Assembly: GCA_964016885.1 (NCBI GenBank)
Contig: OZ024741.1
Location: 160,580,001-160,644,000, forward strand
Source: Eledone cirrhosa
Taxonomy: Eukaryota
Length of the DNA stretch: 64,000 bases
Reading direction: 5' to 3'
The notes below the pieces were generated by a model that made no database searches, was not told the DNA's origin, and worked only from the letters and a program-made list of their open reading frames with translations. Every line of letters starts with the position of its first letter. The stretch's first letter is position 1. The position numbers and the translations under genes were made by a program. Shown here piece by piece: positions 57,349 to 64,000 of the stretch.

Positions 57349-57777
57349 TATATATACATTTACATATCCATACCTGCTTGAATATATATATATATAAATA
57401 TAAATTAGCGAGAATCGTATTTTGGCTTTGGAATTAGCGAAAAACAACTTCCGAGATGTGTGGCAAGCGGTCAATAATTCTGTCGAACCAGAGCTACAAC
57501 ATACGTTAAAGGCCAAACACACTGAGACGATGGTTAAACTGTCACCGTCATCCGCACAACCATAGAAACGACCAAGTAATTCGGGTCAAACAAATAAAAA
57601 ATATGTGATTGAAAAAATTTACCCGGACCCCTGGATGGTTGGTAAAATCCAGCATTTGGGTTTCTGCGACTCCTAAATCAAGTACTGTCCGCTTAGACAA
57701 ATAATGTTAGGCTTCTGGTAAGATGCTTGAACAAGGAAGTCACTTTCTCAACAGGTTTTAGTTCAAGTGCCAGGCAA

Positions 57778-57894
<117 letters not shown>

Positions 57895-58063
57895 AGTTGC
57901 ATTTAATTAATTGGAATTCCGACAAACGTAAATGTTTATAACTGATTAAGAGCACTCAACAGTTTACTGGAATAAATATTCCATGATATTATCCAGTGAA
58001 TTTCCGACCGATAAGGTTGAATCTTCATGGGTACGTCTTTATTTATAAAACAAATTTTGTATA

Positions 58064-58122
58064 TTTATCTGATGAAAGCGCACCAAGGTTGGCTTGGTTG
58101 CCCTTGAAATATATATAATAAA
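58064..58122 (+). ncRNA. Intact type I hammerhead ribozyme
   Basis: tttat-CTGATGA-aagcgca ccaag gttgg cttgg ttgccctt-GAAAT ATAT ATA-ataaa. (TA)n lies ~50 bp downstream. Confidence 0.8.
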
Positions 58123-58180
58123 ATAAATTTTGTGGTTATAAATATATACGTTCCATTTATTTAATATCATGGTATATATC

Positions 58181-58232
<52 letters not shown>

Positions 58233-58599
58233 AACATTCTTGAATGTATATATATACGCCCTTGCTCTGTCACATGTACATGTGTTTATCTCTCTTTCAC
58301 ACACACTTGCTCTCTTCCTGTCTCTGCTATTCTCTCCCCTTTTTAATTCCCTCTGATCTTCCTCCTCCATTTACCTCCTTTATCTGCCTCTCCTCCACTC
58401 TCTCTCTGTTTGTATCATTGCCTATATTTATTCATGTGAAGGTACATAGTTTGTGGTTATGATTTTAAGCTCACGATTGTAATGTCATGAGTTCGATTCC
58501 CGGCAAGTAACTTTACAATACCCTCAAGCTTTTTGAGTCAAATTGAGTTCACGCAAACTATATGGAAGCCCGTTGGATGAGTTGTATTTCTAATTCAAA

Positions 58600-58950
58600 G
58601 ACCCAGAGAGGAAAGTCGATTATATCGGCACCAGTATTTGACTGGTGCTTTATTTTATTAAGTTGGCCTTGGTGTGATTTGAACTCAGAACGTGAAGAGT
58701 TGGACTAAATGACGCAAAGCATTTTGTACGACACTCTAACGATTCTGCCTATCCATCGCCCTTAAATGATTTCTAATTTAGACACAAGGGGGAAGTCAAT
58801 TATATCAGCCCAGTAATTGACTCGTACTATATTTTATCGACTCCGAAAGGATGAGACACCATAATAAGTCTTGAACCCAGACGGTAAAGGGAACTAATTA
58901 AATTTCACAGAGTATTTTGTCCAAAACTCGACCGATACTTCCAATCTACC
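58600..58950 (-). mobile_element. Two old Meta-family SINE copies
   Basis: Degenerate head and core. Confidence 0.6.
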
Positions 58951-59060
58951 GCAGATAAAAATTAACAAGGCCATGTAGAGAATCTTACTCAGTGTATATT
59001 TTTTACATCTTTAACCTGTAGAGATCCTAAATATTATTTCTAAACAACGTGCCATGTGTG

Positions 59061-59125
<65 letters not shown>

Positions 59126-59139
59126 GTATGCATACTCGC

Positions 59140-59189
<50 letters not shown>

Positions 59190-59343
59190 GCGAGTATGCA
59201 TACGTACATACATGTATGTATACAGACGTAAACAGCCCGAATTATTAGCCGTACAGTGTTCGGCAACCATCGCTGCCCTATTTGTTCAACACTGACAAAG
59301 TAACGATGCACTCGGTTCTAGCTTATTAGCTATTTAGAACACT

Positions 59344-59548
59344 GGTTTAACCGCTTTACTTCCCCCCGAAGAAGAGATATTATCTCGAAAATTAAGGACA
59401 TTTAAATAAATCTAAGGTAATTGTCAACAATATCTTTTGCATTTGCATTCTTTATTCTATGTCCATACCTGCATTGTTTTGGCTTTATTATACATATACA
59501 AACGTTTATACCTCATTACACAATGCTTCAAGTGAACTACAACTTCCT

Positions 59549-59550
<2 letters not shown>
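59344..59550 (+). mobile_element. Terminal remnant of the PLE family at 13168-14198
   Basis: Matches the reverse complement of ~13185-13332, including CCGAAGA..GAAAATTA. Ends in (TA)n. Confidence 0.8.
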
Positions 59551-59588
<38 letters not shown>

Positions 59589-59593
<5 letters not shown>

Positions 59594-59748
59594 AACCAGT
59601 AAGACCCCGACAGCTGAGCTCAAGCCGTTTCGACGGCTTGAGCTCAGCTGTCGGGGTCTTACTGGTTCCTATTACCCACTCTACTACCTCAAGTATTGAG
59701 TACTTTGGTGCGTTATGGTCCACCTGGTTCCTTACCACATTTCCTTCG

Positions 59749-59750
<2 letters not shown>
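59589..59750. repeat. Perfect ~40-bp hairpin with TTCG loop plus ~80-bp extension, between (TA)n arrays
   Basis: ataggaacc...caagccgt TTCG acggcttg...ggttcctat. Confidence 0.9.
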
Positions 59751-59843
<93 letters not shown>

Positions 59844-60509
59844 TATACATATATATATATATATTTAGACACGCACAAATATATATATCTATGTATGTGT
59901 GCATATGTGTGCAGGTGTGTATGTGTGTGCATATATATATATATACTGCCAGTTCACCATTTTACATTTATTTTATAAATGAAGTATTTGTTTATAACTA
60001 CTCAATCATATAACAACTACACCAAATATGAATATTTCCGAGGTCAGTCAGTTGGAAATCGTTTTCTCGGAGGCTTGATTTACATAGAATATTATTTTAC
60101 TTCATATACAAGCAAAACTATTCCTCCTACACTCTGTCTTTATGTATGAAGGTAAGAGTTTCGAAGTCACCACTCACTTTGTTATATTTTTTGGAATATA
60201 AGAGGCACCGTTGTATAAGACGTATTAAAATTAATAAGACGCATTAAAATTCTATAATGAACGCACAAGCAAACGTATAGAGTGGAACCCCAACAACTGG
60301 CTGCAGCTGTTACGGGAACTTGATACCTAATATTTTTATTGTGTAAAGGGTGCTGGAGGATTTTGACATCAAAACTTTTGGCTAAAAAATTGTATTGTAT
60401 TTGAAGAAACATCTCAAAACTGGGATATTCGGGTAGAGAGAATGCCTTGATGTCTAGCAGTGGCATCCTTAGGGAGGGACGGGTACACTGGCTACGGTAC
60501 GTTTTTCAG

Positions 60510-60720
60510 TCACTACCGGTCACTCTCCGACAGGTTTGCTTTCGATCCCTTAGCAGTGGAGACTTCTGGTGTCCTTGGCTCTATGGCTACCTCCCTACTT
60601 ACGACCATAGGCGCTGAGCTGGCTAGTCGCAGGTGTGAGCCCCGCGAAATGGAATGGCTCTTCCAGCGCATCTCCCTTACCATCCTCCGAGGAAACACCT
60701 CCTCCATTTTGTGTGCCGGG
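60510..60720 (+). pseudogene. CRE-clade-like RLE LINE C-terminal fragment
   Basis: FAFDPLAVETSGVLG...IG...EPREMEWLFQRISLTILRGNTSSI. Confidence 0.75.
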
Positions 60721-61024
60721 GCTGTGGGGAGGCCAGCACGTGGGACCCCATTTGCCCCTGGTAACTAGTTTTACAGGCAGGCTAAACATTTCTGAGATTC
60801 ACTGCATTACTATGATGAACACCCAGTCAAATGTTTAGAGTACCACTCCAATTACTGGCTGTACCAGGTACGGTGCTGGATGATGTTAGTGACAATTCTT
60901 TTGGTATAAAGTGCGTTTTATACACTGAAATATTCAGTAATGATTGATTTTCAAATTCTTAATAGACTATCTAAAAGACTCTGTCTTCTTTTTTCGTTGT
61001 TTTGTTTTTAACTCTTCCGTTTGT

Positions 61025-61380
61025 GGGGTGGTGGATTGACCATATCGGTTGGGGATCAGACGCCATACTTTGCAGCATAGAGTTACGGCTTTTTACGGTC
61101 TGAGTTCAAATCCCACCGAGGTTAACTTTACCTTTACCGGGGTCTAAAAAATAAAGCACCAGTAATGCACTAGGGTAATTGCTGGCCTTGTGCCAAAAGT
61201 AGAAACAATTATTTAGGGCCGAACGCCATGCTTTGCAACATAGAGTTACGACCCTTTATGATCTGAGTTCAAATCTCGCCGAGCTTAACTTTGCCTTTCA
61301 TCCTTACGGGGTCGATAAAATAAAGCACCAATAATGCACTGGGGTAATTTCTGGCCTTGTGCCAAAAGTAGAAACAATTA
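61025..61380 (+). mobile_element. Two tandem Meta-domain SINEs
   Basis: Heads at ~61025 and ~61215. Confidence 0.8.
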
Positions 61381-61489
61381 TTTTACGAAACCTTTGATAA
61401 TGTTAGATACTTTTATCTCATTTTACGCAATTTTATATAAATCGACACAATTGAAATATTTTACACATTTATACGCATTTTACAAACCT

Positions 61490-62500
61490 ACACAATTCTA
61501 CAAAAGCCTACACAACTCTACACCACACTACACAGTTCTACACAACTATATACCATTCTACACCGTTCTACACTATTATACACAATTCTACACTGCTCTA
61601 GACCTATCTACACAACTCTACACCACTCAACACGTTCCAACACAATTCTACATACCTCTACACTACTCTACACCATTCTACACTGTTCTACACCTTTCTA
61701 CACATATTCTACACCACCCAACACGTTCCAACACAATTCTACACACCTCTACACTACTCTACACATATTCTACACCACCCAACACGTTCCAACACAATTC
61801 TACACACCTCTACACTACTCTACACATATTCTACACCACCCAACACGTTCCAACACAATTCTACACACCTCTACACTACTCTACACGTATTCTACACCAC
61901 CCAACGCGTTCCAACACAATTCTACACACCTCTACACTACTCTACACATATTCTACACCACCCAACATGTTCCAACACAATTCTACACACCTCTACACTA
62001 CTCTACACATATTCTACACCACCCAACACGTTCCAACACAATTCTACACACCTCTACACTATTCTACACATATTCTACACCACCCAACACGTTCCAACAC
62101 AATTCTACACACCTCTACACTACTCTACACAATTCTACACCACCCAACACGTTCCAACACAATTCTACACACCTCTACACTACTCTACACAATTCTACAC
62201 CACTCAACACGTTCCAACACAATTCTACACAATTCTACATCACTCAACACGTTCCAACACAATTCTACACACCTCTACACTACTCTACACAATTCTACAC
62301 CACTCAACACGTTCCAACACAATTCTACACAATTCTACATCACTCAACACGTTCCAACACAATTCTACACACCTCTACACTACTCTACACAATTCTACAC
62401 TGCTCTACACAATTCTACACTTCTCTACACGTTCCAACACAATTCTACACACCTCTACACTACTCTACACCATTCTACACAGCTATACACCACTCTACAT
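61490..62500. repeat. Minisatellite, ~61-bp unit built from ~10-bp CTACAC sub-repeats
   Basis: Unit ctacacacctctacactactctacacatattctacaccacccaacacgttccaacacaatt. Confidence 0.9.
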
Positions 62501-62764
62501 AATCTTACACGATCTCCACATCTCCACATCATTCTATACAGTTCAAAGCCGCGTAAGATTCGAGCCCACTCTACTGTCTCCCAAGGACATATTGGATAAT
62601 TTAGTTCTAGATATATTATGACTTTCAGCAAACTGGTGGAATGGTCATGTCTGGAACATCTTTCGTCATATATGTTCTTGATCACAGCCATCTCATGATT
62701 AAGCAACACCAACATTAATAACAATAACTACTACTACTACTACTACTACTACTATTGCCACTAT

Positions 62765-62809
<45 letters not shown>

Positions 62810-62855
62810 CAGAACTACATATATTTACACATTTATGTACACACACACACGCTTA

Positions 62856-62977
<122 letters not shown>

Positions 62978-63150
62978 GTTATGTTGGAACTCCAACACTA
63001 TTTTTTTTTTTATTTAAGCTAGGCCGGCTACCGTTCCATATGCAAAATGAGCTTTATCAGCTCATATATATAAGTAAGAAATCTATAAGATTCTAGCTTA
63101 TTTTTGTCTCAACGGAATATATATATATATATACATATATGATATATACA

Positions 63151-64000
63151 TCTTTATATATATAAAAGCGAGGATGTGTGTATGTCTGTGTACAAATTTG
63201 GATACCTAAGGCTTTTACAATTACCAACCGAATTTGACCAAATTTTCTGTGCACGTTGCACAGATCGCTAAGATGGTCACATCACAAAAAATGTTCATAT
63301 CGACTCACGTTGAGCAATAAAAAATCGATATCAAAATTATCGGTAGCAAAATTGATGTAAGGGAGATAACCAACTTTATTGACAATCCTTACAAAAAAAA
63401 GGCGAAATAACCAACTTTATTGACAATCCTTATAAAGAGAGACCTTCGTTTTCAATTTTAAAACAACAATCATCGTCGGACTAAATTTCAGAAATATAAA
63501 CATCAGATTCATTTGAAGATAAATCACTAATATTATCGTTTGTTTCTTGTTTATTCTTTGTTGCACTTTCAAAGTTAAAAAAACACTTGTTGTCTTAACT
63601 TGTTTCACTATATTAAGTGTTAATTTTCGCGATAAGGGCCTAATTTCGCAGCAGTCTCGAATTGACGAGATTTTGATGATGGTTTGTTTATTTTTAGAAC
63701 AATCGTTATGGGACTTTCCATTCAAACCATTGGGACCTACAACTTTTACATTTTTAAAACTTTCATAAGCCATGTTGATACAAAAACAAATTTGTTGCAC
63801 TTTCAAAGTTAAAAAAACACTTGTTGTTTTAACTTGTTTCACTATATTAAGTGTTAATTTTCGCGATAAGGGCCTAATTTCGCAGCAGTCTCGAATTGAC
63901 GAGATTTTGATGATGGTTTGTTTATTTTTAGAACAATCGTTATGGGACTTTCCATTCAAACCATTGGGACCTACAACTTTTACATTTTTAAAACTTTCAT
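63151..64000 (+). mobile_element. Non-autonomous Helitron-like element with ~234-bp internal tandem duplication; runs off window
   Basis: 5' tctttatatatataaaag...gtgtgtatgtctgt...ccgaatttgaccaaattt. Duplicated block starts at ~63558 and ~63791. Confidence 0.6.

Noticed and set aside
61334-62599. 421-aa ORF or CRISPR-like array
   Set aside because: Contiguous minisatellite with no unique spacers; eukaryotic context.
63417-63959. 180-aa ORF with 78-aa repeat
   Set aside because: Product of the ~234-bp tandem duplication in a non-autonomous element.

Overview
AT-rich, microsatellite-dense eukaryotic DNA with no recognisable host protein-coding exon. The SINE families and simple-repeat content suggest an octopus/cephalopod intergenic or intronic region (inference). 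Nearly all predicted ORFs are translations of simple repeats. The real content is retroelements nested in microsatellites. (1) A very young, intact Penelope-like element (PLE; RT plus C-terminal GIY-YIG, CxCx5C linker, Hydra-clade-like) sits in a tandem plus inverted arrangement at 1-11961, with a hammerhead ribozyme (HHR) in its terminal region. (2) About 15 further intact, variant or partial HHR motifs occur on short PLE terminal remnants, mostly beside (TA)n, and several are tiny fold-back elements. (3) Tx1-like LINEs sit at (TCTA)n, and R4/Dong-like RLE LINEs at (CATA)n. There are also RTE, CR1/L2 and CRE fragments, many Meta-domain tRNA-SINEs, Helitron pieces, hAT/pogo-like elements and a 61-bp minisatellite. 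All family assignments come from motifs read by eye, not from database searches.
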